From positions 1 through 52,928 of the IMG/VR virus record IMGVR_UViG_3300037509_000106: DNA of 52,928 nucleotides; one strand, given 5' to 3'. Below, piece by piece: positions 17,533 to 26,937 of this stretch (position 1 is its first letter; each line of letters opens with the position of its first letter). Source of the stretch: a virus. Lineage: Duplodnaviria; Caudoviricetes. The notes below the pieces were generated by a model that was not told where the DNA came from, ran no database searches, and saw only the letters and a program-made list of their open reading frames with translations. A program made the position numbers and the translations under genes.

Positions 17533-17966
17533 TGCCAGCCCTCTTCGCCACTGAGGAGACTCCAGTACGCCGCCTGGATGCCGCTCCAGGCTTCGGGCAT
17601 GCTGACCGCGATCCGCAAGAACTCCTCGGCGGTGTAGGCGTCCTCGGGCAGTGGCTCACCCTGCATCTTCTCCAGTCTCGCGACTATCGTGAGGGCGCGT
17701 TCGTTTACGGCGATCGGTACGCCGTCCTGAGCGTGCAACGGAATCGGGTCCTTCCGCCACTCTTGACGGTCTTCCCAGAAGAACCCACCCGTCAGCCACC
17801 GCCTCGAGAGCTGGTTGGCGTACTCCAGAGCCTTCTCGTCCTCGATCGGGTCCAGCGGCCGCAGGTTCAGCTCGATCTCGACGCCAGGATTCGACGGATC
17901 GGTAAAGCGGAACTGCTTGGTAACTGGACGGGGCCTTTTCAGTGTGTCGACGTCGACCTTCGGCAT
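17502..17966 (-). CDS. Tail assembly chaperone G
   Basis: Lies between the tail tube and tape measure genes, with a slippery site near its 3' end. Confidence 0.85.
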   Translation of the reverse strand: MPKVDVDTLKRPRPVTKQFRFTDPSNPGVEIELNLRPLDPIEDEKALEYANQLSRRWLTGGFFWEDRQEWRKDPIPLHAQDGVPIAVNERALTIVARLEKMQGEPLPEDAYTAEEFLRIAVSMPEAWSGIQAAYWSLLSGEEGWQGKGSREPSA

Positions 17967-18523
17967 TAAGAGGCTGCTCCCGAGCTAGTGGTGTCCAAGA
18001 CGACCGAGGAGGTAGATCCACCCAGCCCCGTGAGGTCGATCGGCTCGATGGTCAGGGTGCACACTTGGCCGCCCTGACCGCTGGTGCCGTCGTCGAAGTC
18101 CGTCCACTCGCCATAGCAGACGTAGGTCTCTCCCGTGCTGGCGACTCCGTTGACGGTGCATTGGGTGAACTCAACTCGAACCGCAGAGAAGTTGGCTGCG
18201 ATCATCGGCAGGATGGAGCCGGTGCCGTCCCCAGTGGTACTTCCCGCAATAGGTCCAGATCCGGAGGTCGATCGGCGGCGCTTTTTCTCAGACAGTACGA
18301 GCTGGTAATCGCTGTAGAGGGAGACCGTATTGGCCTGGTTGGTATCGACGGACATGATCTTGTCAGTCGCCTTGAAAATCCTCATCCGCACCGAGTCGAT
18401 GTAGCCCTTGAGGCTTCGTGCGGCGCCAACGGTGATCGCGCCGTTGGCCGCGATGGTCAAGGGCGAGACCTTGACCGCGTAGAGGTCCTTTCCAATGGTG
18501 AAGTTCTTGATTCCGTCGGCCAC
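17966..18523 (-). CDS. Major tail tube protein
   Basis: 185 aa, Ser/Thr/Gly-rich beta protein directly upstream of the chaperone. Confidence 0.75.
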   Translation of the reverse strand: MADGIKNFTIGKDLYAVKVSPLTIAANGAITVGAARSLKGYIDSVRMRIFKATDKIMSVDTNQANTVSLYSDYQLVLSEKKRRRSTSGSGPIAGSTTGDGTGSILPMIAANFSAVRVEFTQCTVNGVASTGETYVCYGEWTDFDDGTSGQGGQVCTLTIEPIDLTGLGGSTSSVVLDTTSSGAAS

Positions 18524-18679
18524 TTACGCCTCCTCGTCCTGCCAGTCGTGCAGGGGGGTCTCGTCGGGGACGATGGTGGCACCGGGCGGCGCTTCCTCGA
18601 CCTCGATCACTCGGCAAATCGTCCGCTGGACGTTGTTGAATCCGGCGGGTGGGGTCAGTTGGGTTTCCTTGATCTTCAT
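18524..18679 (-). CDS. Small hypothetical protein (51 aa)
   Basis: MKIKETQLTPPAG...; ATGA coupling with the upstream gene and abuts the tail tube start. Confidence 0.6.
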   Translation of the reverse strand: MKIKETQLTPPAGFNNVQRTICRVIEVEEAPPGATIVPDETPLHDWQDEEA

Positions 18680-19089
18680 TGGGGTGGCTCTAGCTTCGAT
18701 AGCTCGGATTCGATGTTCCTTGGTCGGACCCTTGTCAGGAACGCCTGAATGCTTTGGTCGATCGGGCGGCGGAACATGGACTGCGTTCCGTGCTCCAGGT
18801 ACGGAGCGTAGGAAGCGATGTTCTCGATGACGGGGGCGGCACCGGACGGCTGCGGCTTGAGTCGCCACGACCGCTCGAATACACCGCTGTGGCGGTTGAT
18901 GACTGCAGGCTCGGCCGTTGGCGTCCCATGGCGAACGGCAAAGGGGTGATCCCGTTTGCGCAAGTCCGAGTAAGTCAGTGGGCCTTGGCTGCGGGTCTTG
19001 GCGAACTGGACTCCTTCCCTGGCGCTCTTTTGCTCCCCACGCTGCACCCTTCTCACTAGGTCTCGCTCGAATCGGTCGAGGTCGTCCAT
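18676..19089 (-). CDS. HK97 gp10-like tail completion/neck protein
   Basis: SGVFERSW and NIASYAPYLEHGTQSMFRRP motifs. Confidence 0.85.
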   Translation of the reverse strand: MDDLDRFERDLVRRVQRGEQKSAREGVQFAKTRSQGPLTYSDLRKRDHPFAVRHGTPTAEPAVINRHSGVFERSWRLKPQPSGAAPVIENIASYAPYLEHGTQSMFRRPIDQSIQAFLTRVRPRNIESELSKLEPPQ

Positions 19090-19622
19090 CAGCCGGTTCC
19101 TCCCACGAGCAGTCCCGGTTCCCAATGAACACTGGCGCAGAGCAGCTTCACCTTCGATTCAGCGGCTAACGCCTGGTTGACGCGGTTGGACCCGCTGGAA
19201 TCGGTTTGGCCTTCTTCGATGCTCTGAAACGTCGAGAAGCCAAGGCCACCGTCGACGTGCTGCTGTAAAGCGAACGCCTTTGCGTTGAGCGCCTTCTGGC
19301 CAGTGGCTTCGACATCGACGTAGTGCACGCTGATCGGAGCGCGGCGAAGGTTGCTGTTAGTCGCTCCCCAGGATTCGTCCGGCACAAAGTCCCCGATCTG
19401 GATGAATGCGTAAGGCGGCGCGGGCCGCCCCTTGCCAGCGATTCCGTCCTTCGAGTACTCCACTAGCGAGATGCGTAAAGCTTGGAGGTCCGTGTGGCAG
19501 GTTGGCTTCAGGAACCGATCCGGATTATCAGGATCCGGCGTCCCCGGCACCACGATCTCGGGCCAGACGGTGGCGACGATGGCGAAGAGCTCGTCGAGGA
19601 AGGAGGGGAAGAAGTCAGGCAT
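19089..19622 (-). CDS. Putative tail terminator
   Basis: 177 aa; PPYAFIQIG motif; neck-module position. Confidence 0.6.
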   Translation of the reverse strand: MPDFFPSFLDELFAIVATVWPEIVVPGTPDPDNPDRFLKPTCHTDLQALRISLVEYSKDGIAGKGRPAPPYAFIQIGDFVPDESWGATNSNLRRAPISVHYVDVEATGQKALNAKAFALQQHVDGGLGFSTFQSIEEGQTDSSGSNRVNQALAAESKVKLLCASVHWEPGLLVGGTG

Positions 19623-19839
19623 CCTGCGCGCCTTCTGGCTCCATCGGCGGGCGGCGGGTCTTGAACGGCCCCTCGGCCTGGATCTCGAACTCGAGCAGGG
19701 TCACCACGAGTCGCGCGGGCCCCCGGTCCTGACTCCAATCGACTCGCTCCACTCCGTCGATCTGGATTTCTTCGCCAGTCTCCGCATTTTCGAACCGGAG
19801 ATTCTTGCCGAGGCCCTTGCTGATTACTTTGAGTTTCAT
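19615..19839 (-). CDS. Small hypothetical protein (74 aa)
   Basis: Coupled ORF within the neck module. Confidence 0.65.
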   Translation of the reverse strand: MKLKVISKGLGKNLRFENAETGEEIQIDGVERVDWSQDRGPARLVVTLLEFEIQAEGPFKTRRPPMEPEGAQDA

Positions 19840-19845
19840 GGTGTT

Positions 19846-20253
19846 CTATGCGTCCCAATAGCCGACCAGCACGGTCGGCGGGTTCGTGGTCTGAAGGAAA
19901 ACTTCGGCGAAGGCGGAGAAGTCGCGCCGCCGTAAAGGAGAGCCCGCGACCGTGTACCACTCGCTGCCGTCGGGCCCGGCGTCGATCCTCACCAGGTCCT
20001 CGGCTCGCACTTCCACCTCGATAGCGCATCGAAGGGAGTCGGACGTCTGCAGGTTGTCGCGGTTGCTCTGGGCCACCGCTCCCGGAGAGTCGAACTGCGA
20101 GGTCGTGTAGAGCTTGCACATTTGGTACTGAGCCCCTTCGACCATCCGCACCCCGAGCGGCTCGCCGTCCTGGTCGCGGTCCCGCTCGTCCTGCCGGAAC
20201 ACGCTGAAGCGGTCGTTGTAGTTGTCGATCTGCCAGTCGTCGAGCATGGTCAT
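19846..20253 (-). CDS. Putative head closure (stopper) protein
   Basis: 135 aa beta-rich; VRAEDLVRID...WYTVAGSP pattern; follows the adaptor gene. Confidence 0.65.
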   Translation of the reverse strand: MTMLDDWQIDNYNDRFSVFRQDERDRDQDGEPLGVRMVEGAQYQMCKLYTTSQFDSPGAVAQSNRDNLQTSDSLRCAIEVEVRAEDLVRIDAGPDGSEWYTVAGSPLRRRDFSAFAEVFLQTTNPPTVLVGYWDA

Positions 20254-21212
20254 CCCGTGGTGGCGTAGGGCCGGTGCCTAATCCGCAGGTCCCACTGCTT
20301 TAGCGCCGATTCCGCCAGGTCCTGGAGGGTCTTGGCGTTGAGGTGGGGGCTCCGGACGCTGTCCTTTTCCGAACCGCTCAGCGCCCGCGCCCGTTCGGCT
20401 GCCTTGGCGGAGAGGGCGGAGTAGAGCGCGTAGAGCAGCAACGTCTCCGACTCGTGGTCCGGGACCGTCTCGGGAAGGTGCTGCCCGTAGTAGAAGAAAT
20501 CGAGGGTCCGCGCTGCGGTCGGGGTCGGGACGACGCTTAGGCGGGGGATTCCGTCGAGGTGGAACCGGTAGACCGTCTCGCCAAGAGGCTGAGGGATCAC
20601 TCCACCCGGGCCGATGCGCGAGTGCCAGCCCCCTCCGTAGTTCTGGCGGTAACCCGATCCCGCTCCGCTGTAGCGGGCAGAGTTCGTGTAGACGGCGTCG
20701 TAGAACCCGGACCCCTTCCGGACGCTCCCCCGGGCTCCTACCGCGAGGTCGAAGCTCTCCTGCTCGGGCCTCACCATGTCGCAAGGGAGCGCGTAAGCGT
20801 TTGCGTCCACCTCCAGCGCCAGGCCCAGCGGGTCGCGGACGCAGTGGACGCCGGTGGAGTGGCCGAAAGCCAAGGCGGAGCTCAGGGTCACCAGCACCGC
20901 CGGTCCGTCTTCGCCGCCGAGCGGCACCGGAGCCACATCGAGGATCGTCCGGGTTTCCGCCCGGCCCAGCGCATCGATCGTCAGGCTCTGGCCCACCGCG
21001 AGGGGACCGCCCAGAAGCTTCGCCTGCGTCGCGCCCGCTTCCAGCGCCCGGCAAAGGACGGCCTCGCCCATGCGACGAAGGGCGGGAACGTAGCGGGAGT
21101 ACTCGCGCACCGCCCGAAGCATCGCCGAGGTCCGCTCCCCCGACGTCCACACCTGGCCGGCAGGGTCCTTGAGTGCGGAGCCGAGGTCTTCGTCGAAGCG
21201 GTTGGTGTCCAT
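20250..21212 (-). CDS. Putative head-tail adaptor with internal insertion
   Basis: 320 aa, helical N- and C-termini (AVREYSRY; LLLYALYSAL); directly after the capsid gene. Confidence 0.65.
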   Translation of the reverse strand: MDTNRFDEDLGSALKDPAGQVWTSGERTSAMLRAVREYSRYVPALRRMGEAVLCRALEAGATQAKLLGGPLAVGQSLTIDALGRAETRTILDVAPVPLGGEDGPAVLVTLSSALAFGHSTGVHCVRDPLGLALEVDANAYALPCDMVRPEQESFDLAVGARGSVRKGSGFYDAVYTNSARYSGAGSGYRQNYGGGWHSRIGPGGVIPQPLGETVYRFHLDGIPRLSVVPTPTAARTLDFFYYGQHLPETVPDHESETLLLYALYSALSAKAAERARALSGSEKDSVRSPHLNAKTLQDLAESALKQWDLRIRHRPYATTG

Positions 21213-21236
21213 ACGGTAAAGGAATCCAAGAGAGTG

Positions 21237-21266
21237 CGAAGGGCCTTCCTCCCAGAAGGCCCTTCG
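21237..21266 (-). terminator. Hairpin/terminator after the capsid gene
   Basis: 12-bp perfect stem CGAAGGGCCTTC/GAAGGCCCTTCG; weak U-tract. Confidence 0.7.
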
Positions 21267-21276
21267 ATTGCCGCCC

Positions 21277-24200
21277 TTACTTGAGCAGGATGGTGCGGCC
21301 CACGGGGTTGATCACCGTGCCCGCCAGGTCCTGGACCTGAGGCGTTCCGATCGCGCTGTTCTCCTGGCCGTAGTAGACCTCGGAGGCCACGATCTTGCCG
21401 GTGACGGGCTCGTACTTAGGGAACGGCCCCTTGACCTCCCATGGCGTGTCGATCCCGTACCGGGTCGAGCCCTTTCGCGTCAGCAGGATGCGGTTGTCCC
21501 CCGCGAACCACGGCGCGTTGAGCCGCGCGTGGTTGATGCCGTTGCGGCTCGCGAAGTACGAGGGCGTCGGGTACAACTCCGTTCCCTTGGGGCTGGCCCA
21601 CTGGAAGAAGGTCTGCGCCGACGTCACCTTCGCGGCCGCGTTGAGGGACATCAGCCCCAGGTTCGGGGCCATGTAGCGTGGGTAAGAACCCATGTACGCC
21701 GCCGTTTGGTCGATCTGCCGCAGGAGGGACGACAGGTACATCTCGTACGTCTGGCCCGCCGCGAGGGTCGGGTTCGAGAGGTTGAACACGTCGAAGTTCG
21801 TCGCGTACGAGTAGCTCAGGGTGATCGTCGTGGTGACGACGCCCCCGCCTCCCGCCAGTCCGGCGGCGGCGTTGAATACGATCACGCCGCGCTCCCAGTC
21901 CACCGCGAAGGTGGGGTTGGGCGCTCCCGGCTTGGCTTGGATCTGGAGGTTGTCGTCCAGGTATCCCTCGACCATAGCCGCGGGGGCGGTGACGGTGAGC
22001 GCGTTCTTCGTCGTAGCGGTGGCCACGCCTCCGACCAGGTCGACCACCGTTCGCGGGCGGACGAGCGGTACCGAGCCCCAGGCAATCCCCTGGGAGTCGA
22101 CGTGGCCGAAGTACGGGTTCGCCGTTCCTGCCTGGCCCGTTCGGAGCCGGAGTGCGGCCAAGACGTTGGCGCCGTACTTCACCTGCGGGTCCGTCGCCGC
22201 GATCGCCGCGCTCGCCACCTTCGTAGGGTTGAGGTTGACGCTGATGGAGCCCGCGCCGAACACCGACTGGTTCGGGAGCTGGTTGTTGCCGGTGGTGTAG
22301 CTCTCGCCCGCCACCGACGCCGCACCGTACTCGTCGGCGATCAGCACCATCTCGTTGAGCAGCGCCCGGTCGATCCGGCGCCCAGCGTCCCGCGAGGAGT
22401 GCATGAGCATCCGCGCCACCGCCGCGATGTTCGCGGGACCGTTGCCCATGGCCTTGATCAAGTCCCGGGTGGGGTTGATCGCGATGCGTCGCCACTGGGC
22501 GGCGAAGGGCAGCCACGTCAGACCGAGCGAGGCTTCGTCGATTCCAGTGTTCTCCGGGGTCAGCAGGCCGGCGTCGTAGTACTGGCTGGAAGCGCCGTAG
22601 CCGCCAGGACCGGTGTAGGTCTCCACCGGCACGCGCATCACGCTTCCGATCGGTTCCTGGAACTGCTCCCAGCTCGCCGACTCGGAGCCAGGTCCGAAGG
22701 GCGCCACGTACTGGATCGCCTGGCTGTCCCAGAAGCGCTGGTACAGCACGAACATCGCGATCGTCGGCTGGTTGAGCATGTTCGCCGTGGTGGTGGCGTC
22801 GCCCGCGGCCTTCAGAGAGTCGGTGACCGCCTGCTGGCCCTCTGGGCCGAAGAACGCGTCGTTCTCGGCGACCCAGCGCTCGGTGGAGTCGCACCCGGCG
22901 CTGCGGGCGATGCCCTCCATGAGCGGGTTCAGGAACGCCTCCTCGTTGTGGGCGCGCAGGCGCTTCACCTCGGGGTCGGAAGGGTCGATGGCGCCGCTGG
23001 CCCGAAGCATGTCGTCGGCGGCCGCGTTGAGCCGGTCGACGTTCTCCATCCAGGGTTTGGCCCCCGTCTTGACGCGAGCGCCACCCGGAGTCGCCGGGTC
23101 CTCTGTGGTGGCTCCGCGAGCGACACCACCGTTACGGAGCCGCTCGTCGGCCAGCGCCTTGCCCAAGATCTCCACCTGTCCATCGACAAGGGCGTCTACT
23201 CCGGCGGCGTCGCTTGCGATCTGCAGCACGTGGTCGCGGACCTTCTCCCGGAGCGACTCCGGCAGGCCGCTGAGCTTCGCCTGGACTCCGTCGGACTCGA
23301 GCTTCGTCCGGATCTCGTTCGTGAGCTTCTCTCGGGCCTCACGCTCGCGCTCCCGCTGAGCCATCTTCACGACGGTCGAGACGTCGTCTGCCCTCAGGTC
23401 GTGCGGGGTAGGGTCGCGGGGTGCCGGATTGTTGTTGGCCTCGGTGTCGGGCGCGTAGCCGGGCTCACCCTGCTTCGGATCGACGAATGTCGGAGCGGGA
23501 GCGCCGGGTCGGTAGCCGGCGGACACCATCTCGGCGTCGTCCTTGGCGGCCTGGACGCGCAGGTCCTGCAGTTCCGTAGCGTCGATTCCGAGGCTGGAGG
23601 CTCCCTCGATGGCGTCGTGGTAAGCCTTGCGGGCACCAGCGACGGCGTCGACGGCGGCAGAGGCGGCGATGAGCGCGAGCAGGGCGGTGCGCTTCTTGAG
23701 GATGGTTTCTTTCATTCGGGGTGTCTGGTTTCCTTGCGCGGGATCGCGCCCATCGGTGCCATCGGCTTCGTGGATTCGCCGGAGCACGCTGTCGGTGAGA
23801 AGTTCGAACGATCCGGCGCCGTCCACGGCCGGGTCTTCCACGTCGTCCCAGGTGTAGATCGCCATGGAGGTGGCGACCTGGACGGAATCGCCCGCTACCT
23901 TGCCGGGGCGGGTGCGGACCTTGAAGCGGGTGCTGATTCCGGGCGGGTTCTTGGCGTCGAACCGAGCCTTCAGGCGCCGCCCCTCCGGGGTGTCGAGGAT
24001 CGTGCGGGTCACGTAGACCCAGCCGTCCGCTCCGACGTCGGAGATGTCGTCCACCCGCGCGCTCTTACGATCGGGGTTGTCGACGAACCGCTCCTCACCC
24101 TTGACCACCGCCACGTCTGGGTGGCGGTACTCGCAGAGCATGCCTCCGCCCCTGGCTAAGGGGCGTGCGGCGTCGATCGCCGCCTGGAGCACGTCGCGCG

Positions 24201-24798
24201 GGTAGACGCGCCGGTTCTTGTTACGGCTGTCGGCCCGAGTCGCCTTCTGGCGCACCCGCATGATGCCGCCGGTGACGCCGTCACTGGCCAGGATCTCGAA
24301 GCCGTCGGCGGCAAGGGCTTCGGCGCACGAGTCTCCCGCGACTTCCGGGATCCCGTTAAGCCGCCTTGCTTGCCTGACCACGAGTTCGCGGCTCCAGCCG
24401 TCCGACTCGAGCAGCACCCGGACCGGGACCTCGCGCCGAACCGGCACCTGGTCCCCGGACTCGCCCCCAAGCTTGGAAGAGACGAAGTTGGTGGCGAGGA
24501 TCGCCAGCGCCCGGCGTCGGTGGCCGTCGACCACGTAGAGGCTGCCCCAGGACCTGAGCCAGGCCACAAGGGCGCCGCCCTTGTCGACGTCGTAGAGTTG
24601 GACTTCCTCGTCGGGCAGGCTGCCCGAGAGGTAGAGGTCCGAACGGCGGTCGTCCCGGACCTGGAGCTCCGGGTCGGTGATCAGGAGCTCCGGCGGGACC
24701 ATGTAGACGCCGCCTTGGGCGAGGGGAGCGACCAGCGCGTCGGCGGCAAGGGCCGCGATGCCCGCTGCCAGCGCCAGGCTACTCAGGGTCCTGCGCAA
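21277..24798 (-). CDS. Head polyprotein: ParB-like domain + prohead protease + scaffold + major capsid protein
   Basis: LYVVDGHRR (aa 87-95); T4 gp21-like RNKNRRVYP, EYRHP, GISTR, WDDVEDPA; helical middle region; ~510-aa C-terminal capsid-like region. No other capsid candidate in the window. Confidence 0.85.
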   Translation of the reverse strand: MRRTLSSLALAAGIAALAADALVAPLAQGGVYMVPPELLITDPELQVRDDRRSDLYLSGSLPDEEVQLYDVDKGGALVAWLRSWGSLYVVDGHRRRALAILATNFVSSKLGGESGDQVPVRREVPVRVLLESDGWSRELVVRQARRLNGIPEVAGDSCAEALAADGFEILASDGVTGGIMRVRQKATRADSRNKNRRVYPRDVLQAAIDAARPLARGGGMLCEYRHPDVAVVKGEERFVDNPDRKSARVDDISDVGADGWVYVTRTILDTPEGRRLKARFDAKNPPGISTRFKVRTRPGKVAGDSVQVATSMAIYTWDDVEDPAVDGAGSFELLTDSVLRRIHEADGTDGRDPAQGNQTPRMKETILKKRTALLALIAASAAVDAVAGARKAYHDAIEGASSLGIDATELQDLRVQAAKDDAEMVSAGYRPGAPAPTFVDPKQGEPGYAPDTEANNNPAPRDPTPHDLRADDVSTVVKMAQREREREAREKLTNEIRTKLESDGVQAKLSGLPESLREKVRDHVLQIASDAAGVDALVDGQVEILGKALADERLRNGGVARGATTEDPATPGGARVKTGAKPWMENVDRLNAAADDMLRASGAIDPSDPEVKRLRAHNEEAFLNPLMEGIARSAGCDSTERWVAENDAFFGPEGQQAVTDSLKAAGDATTTANMLNQPTIAMFVLYQRFWDSQAIQYVAPFGPGSESASWEQFQEPIGSVMRVPVETYTGPGGYGASSQYYDAGLLTPENTGIDEASLGLTWLPFAAQWRRIAINPTRDLIKAMGNGPANIAAVARMLMHSSRDAGRRIDRALLNEMVLIADEYGAASVAGESYTTGNNQLPNQSVFGAGSISVNLNPTKVASAAIAATDPQVKYGANVLAALRLRTGQAGTANPYFGHVDSQGIAWGSVPLVRPRTVVDLVGGVATATTKNALTVTAPAAMVEGYLDDNLQIQAKPGAPNPTFAVDWERGVIVFNAAAGLAGGGGVVTTTITLSYSYATNFDVFNLSNPTLAAGQTYEMYLSSLLRQIDQTAAYMGSYPRYMAPNLGLMSLNAAAKVTSAQTFFQWASPKGTELYPTPSYFASRNGINHARLNAPWFAGDNRILLTRKGSTRYGIDTPWEVKGPFPKYEPVTGKIVASEVYYGQENSAIGTPQVQDLAGTVINPVGRTILLK

Positions 24799-25432
24799 TG
24801 GCTTCCTCCTGGGTCAAAGCCTCGACAGCCTGGGCGAACTCGCCCCAGCCGGGGAGGGGTGCGCCATGCTTTCCAGCACTGTCGCAAAAGCCGTCGAAGG
24901 CGTCGCAGCGGAGAGCGCAAACGCGAAGGGCGTAGTCGTCGAGGTTGGGGATGCGGAAAGTCCGGTCCTCCGCGTCGCGCATGCCACCCCAACGGTTCTG
25001 GACCGGCGTGTTGGCGTAAACGGTAAGGGTGGCCGAGCCGTCCCTCTCCACTCGCGCGGAGAACCATCCCTCCGGATCGACCAGTTCGACGGCGTCTCCA
25101 ACCTGAGTCGTCCCAGCTACCCAATAGGTGACAAGGTCCCCTACTTGGCCGTCGGGTTCAGGGTCGCCTGATCCCGCTGCACCTGGGTCGTCCGTAGCGG
25201 CCTCGGTGGCCAGGTCCTCGCCGTCTGCGGGCTGGTCACCGGAAGGGTCGTCGGCAGTACCTGGCTCGTTCGCTCCAAGAGCGGGCACGTCGGCACTCGC
25301 GGGATCCGACGTTGCAGGAGTAGCGGCTGTTTCTGGCGCGAGCTCTTGAGGCCCGGTGGACCCCCTGGCAGCGGACGCGTCGACGATGGAGTCTGTTGCG
25401 GGCGTATCCGCCTGCGGCTTTGTCTTCTTCAT
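24779..25432 (-). CDS. Head-associated protein with acidic low-complexity N-half
   Basis: 217 aa between the portal and protease-capsid genes. Confidence 0.7.
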   Translation of the reverse strand: MKKTKPQADTPATDSIVDASAARGSTGPQELAPETAATPATSDPASADVPALGANEPGTADDPSGDQPADGEDLATEAATDDPGAAGSGDPEPDGQVGDLVTYWVAGTTQVGDAVELVDPEGWFSARVERDGSATLTVYANTPVQNRWGGMRDAEDRTFRIPNLDDYALRVCALRCDAFDGFCDSAGKHGAPLPGWGEFAQAVEALTQEEAIAQDPE

Positions 25433-25458
25433 AGGTTGGGGATTCCTCTGCGCGGTGC

Positions 25459-26931
25459 CTAACGGCGGTTCAGGATGGAAACGGAGTCGCGCTTGGGGCG
25501 GCCGTTGCGATCGAGGGGCTTCTTGGGATTCGTCGCCTCGTCTGGCTCCTCTGCCCGAGCGGCACTCTCTTCCGCCTCGATAGCCGCGATCTCGGCATCG
25601 ACGTCGGTCACGCCGATGTACTCGGCTAGGAGCTGCACCGCCTTGCGGCGGGAGATCAGGCGGTCGCGGCGGATGTCCAGCACCCGCCCCACGACCTCGG
25701 ACGGCTTCTCGATCGAGCTATCGGAGAACCGCACCTCGAACGGCACCGTCTCGGGCAGGATGCCGTCCAGCAAGAGCGCGACCTCCACGAGCCAGCGCAC
25801 CAAGGCGGCCATCTCACCGGTGAGCACCTGCGTCTGCTTGAGCCACTCCGTCCGGAGGTCGTCCAGCACGTCGCGGTTGACGGACTCGGCGTCCAGGTTG
25901 AACAGGGGCGGGGGAGTCGGCAGAGCGGCCGATGCGTAGACGTTCTGGAGGTACTTGAGGTCGTCGACCTCGTGGATGTGCGGGTCGCCGTCCAGGGTCT
26001 GGCAGGTCACGAGACCGTTGCCGAACAAATCGCGGGCGACCTCGGTGGGATCGTAGACCTCGCGCCTCCCCTCGGCAAAGCCGTTGTCGGCCTTGAACTG
26101 GTCGACTTCGGTGGCCTTTCCGGGGTTGTCCTTGTCGCCGACGCTCCAGAGGCGGGTGATGGCGGCGCGGACCATACGGCGGATGCTCTGGGACTCCTCC
26201 TGGAGTTCGAGTTTTTCCCGCATTCGGCGACCGGCCACTACTTCGGGCGTGCCGTAACGTTCGCCGTCGACGTAGTTCCACCGCGCGTGGTGCATCAGCA
26301 GCAGCGGAAACTCGGTGACCGTCTCGTTGCTGGCGATGTCGATCTGCTCGAAGGCACGCGCCGGGTCTTGAAACTCGTCGGTGTCGTCGGTCAGCCGCTC
26401 GATCGAGACGGCAGGCATGCGCTTGGCGTTCGTGACGCGATCGCCGGACACCACCGCCTGCACGAACAGGTCGCCCTCGACCACGAGCATCCACGCCCAA
26501 GAGAAGAGCTTGGGATTGGCAAGCGCCACCACCTCGTCCGCGATCGCCTGCGCCCGCTGGGCCAGCCGCCTAGGGGCTCCCTGCGACACCTGCACGGTGC
26601 AGCCGCCCCGGACTGCCTCGCGGGCGAACATCTGCGTCGACCGCCGTGCCCGGGGGTCGTCGAAGACCATCAGGCGGCAGTCCTCGATCAGTTGCCTCCG
26701 CTCGTAGCGTTGCGCAAGGAGCGAGTAGGCGTAGGTGGAGGGACTGGCGGCACCGGCCGAGCCTTGCTCCGTGGTCCGCGAGGGATCCACCCACCGGAGC
26801 GCCCGGGCGAGGGAGCGGAGGGCCTTCTTGACGATCCCCGCCGGCTTGACGTGGCGTGCCGGGCGGAAAGTTTCAAGACCCGAGTCCGTCGCGAGGTACG
26901 CCCTTCTCGTCTGTTGCTTTCGACTGTTCAT
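25459..26931 (-). CDS. Portal protein
   Basis: 490 aa following the terminase; LVVEGDLFV, ERYGTPEV and DLKYLQN...ALPTP patterns. Confidence 0.85.
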   Translation of the reverse strand: MNSRKQQTRRAYLATDSGLETFRPARHVKPAGIVKKALRSLARALRWVDPSRTTEQGSAGAASPSTYAYSLLAQRYERRQLIEDCRLMVFDDPRARRSTQMFAREAVRGGCTVQVSQGAPRRLAQRAQAIADEVVALANPKLFSWAWMLVVEGDLFVQAVVSGDRVTNAKRMPAVSIERLTDDTDEFQDPARAFEQIDIASNETVTEFPLLLMHHARWNYVDGERYGTPEVVAGRRMREKLELQEESQSIRRMVRAAITRLWSVGDKDNPGKATEVDQFKADNGFAEGRREVYDPTEVARDLFGNGLVTCQTLDGDPHIHEVDDLKYLQNVYASAALPTPPPLFNLDAESVNRDVLDDLRTEWLKQTQVLTGEMAALVRWLVEVALLLDGILPETVPFEVRFSDSSIEKPSEVVGRVLDIRRDRLISRRKAVQLLAEYIGVTDVDAEIAAIEAEESAARAEEPDEATNPKKPLDRNGRPKRDSVSILNRR

Positions 26932-26937
26932 GGTGGG

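Noticed and set aside
21268-24159. 963-aa plus-strand ORF, and similar long antisense ORFs such as 34302-35837, 25972-27279 and 42700-43869
   Set aside because: Shadow frames opposite well-supported genes in high-GC DNA, with no recognisable motifs.
24739-24798. Sec signal peptide on the head polyprotein
   Set aside because: Export makes little sense for a capsid precursor; the Ala/Leu-rich leader ends at a putative cleavage motif and is better read as a propeptide. The start codon is also uncertain.
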